Positions 62,375-64,000 of a stretch of DNA of 64,000 nt are shown here, piece by piece. A program made the position numbers and the translations under genes. Every line of letters begins with the position of its first letter. Within the stretch, counting starts at the first letter, position 1. This DNA is from Selaginella moellendorffii (Eukaryota; Plantae; Lycopodiophyta), in NCBI RefSeq assembly GCF_000143415.4, contig NW_003314262.1, positions 4,040,021 through 4,104,020 on the forward strand, written 5' to 3'. The notes beneath the pieces are model-generated. The model ran no database searches. It was given only the letters and a program-made list of their open reading frames with translations, and was not told the origin of the DNA.

Positions 62375-64000
62375 ATGGCGGAGGAGAGCTCCGCTCCATC
62401 TCCGGCGGCGAGACAACACAGGTTTGGAGTCTACCAGAATGCGGCGATCGCCTCGGCGCTGGATGCGCAAGGATCGAGGAGGAGCTCGCCGCCAGCGATT
62501 ATCGCGCTTGTTTTCCTCGTTTCCACTTGGGGATTGCTCTCGATTTCTTACCGGTGAGTGGGCTCTAGGGTTCCTGGCTGGGTTCTAATGCTCACACTGT
62601 TAGGAAGGAGACGATCAAAGACACAATGCGGCTTGTTGGGCTCACGTATCTCTTCGCAAGTAAGATCTTTCTATCTTTTCTATCTCCTTGGTACTGATGG
62701 AACAAAAAACTAACGTAGAAACTACCGTGAGACTTTGCCAAGTCGTTCTTACGCTCGTCTTCCTCGGTGCATTGTCCGCGTTCTTGAAGGCCATTTTTTC
62801 TTCCGAGGAAGGCTACTTCGTTTTCAAGTCATCTTCCCAGATTTCATCGCCACTGACACCACGGCAAGAGATGCTACTTGGAAGGCGAAGCTCAAGAACA
62901 GCACTGCCGCCGCCAAAGACTGCCAAATCTCCGACCGCGGTTTCTCCAAGCACGATGTTCCCGATCCATCCTCCGCTGTTCAAAGGCGGAGTGAAAGGAA
63001 GTGGCCAAGCTCTCGGGGCTGCGTCTCCAGCAACACCAGTGCAAGTGAGTACATTTCCATACACACCATCGGTGGCTTCTTCTCCAGACTCGAGTTTTCT
63101 TCCGTGGACGCTCAAGTACAGGAACGATGAGATTCGGACTGAGGAGGAGCTTGAGAGTTTTCTCTCGGACGTGGGAACTAGAATGGTCGAGTCTTCAGGG
63201 AGAGCAGGCAGCACTCCACAGGGTGGTCCAGTTACGCCATCGCCAATACGAGTTCTAGGTGCCGGCTCCGGTCCAAACGTGATGAGCACTACACCTCGCT
63301 CTCCAGCAACTGCAGGGACACCGGTACGAGCCGTAAGGGTCTCGCCAAGTTCTCAAAAGTCGGGTGTTTCGCCAAAGAAGGCAGAAGGTGATCTTCCTGC
63401 TCCTTTCACAATCGAGCAGGCAACAGATGGCTTTAAAAAGCTGGGTTTGTGGCCTGATATCGAGCAGTGGAGAGACGGTCTCAGACAATGGATTTCGGAC
63501 GTTCTGCTTGCGCCACTGCTCTACAAGATCGACAGGAGCCATCTACAGGTAGCGAGCAGTATTGGTTTTCATGGCATGACAATGCTTTTATGACGTTACA
63601 GGTTATGGAGACAGCGGCGACACTTAGTTTTTCCTTGGCAATCAGTCCGATCGAGGGTAAACGCAATAGCAACAGCAGTCCTGGAATGGATGGGAGTGCA
63701 CAGGAATGGCTCACGACATTTGCTCCAGACGAGGACGCGCTTATTCATCAGTTTCGTGCATATCTGCTAAACGCTAAAAGCTCCACGCCGAGTAAGTTTT
63801 TGAGTTGACGAAGGCTGAACGTCTCTCTAACAATGCTCGTGTCACGCAGCACCATCTATTTTCGGGTTGAAGGTTCCGAACGAACAGGATGTGAATCCTT
63901 TACTGCAAGCGTGCCTCGATGCCGTCACTGAGCATCAACGATTGCGTGCTCTTGTAAAAGGCGAATGGGTGAAAGGACTTCTCCCCCAGAGCAGTGTGAG
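62375..64000 (+). CDS. TMEM209/PNET1-like nuclear pore membrane protein (runs off the window)
   Basis: FGVYQNAAIASAL; two TM segments; LTPRQEMLLG; IEQWRDGLRQWISDVLLAPL; LVKGEWVKGLLPQSS. Confidence 0.85.

Overview
Gene-dense land-plant nuclear DNA. Introns are mostly 50-70 nt and intergenic gaps are tiny, which fits a Selaginella-type lycophyte genome (inference). Bases 1-11.6 kb are AT-rich and CpG-poor. They hold a few intronless orphan ORFs (one a secreted bulb-type lectin), Ty3/gypsy remnants, a tandem TRIM-like array and microsatellites. Bases 11.9-64 kb hold about 20 recognisable genes: RING/PHD/SRI protein, SINE1-like KASH protein, RAD23, PII, cactin plus a pseudocopy, FAD4, ELIP, AVT6, mitochondrial AspAT, two SRPBCC genes, Trx h, LTPG, MED23, an F-box/LRR gene, REX1B and TMEM209/PNET1. 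The most notable region is an accessory patch at about 30.6-45 kb. It has two convergent, distantly paralogous genes with a degenerate PD-(D/E)xK restriction-endonuclease-like motif pattern, plus decayed copies of one of them. It also has interleaved LRR/FBD-like pseudogenes and a ~2.5-kb fold-back palindrome built from Copia gag. A third, Crinkler-like SAM+REase gene lies at 11.9-12.8 kb. All family assignments come from motif recognition by eye, not database searches.
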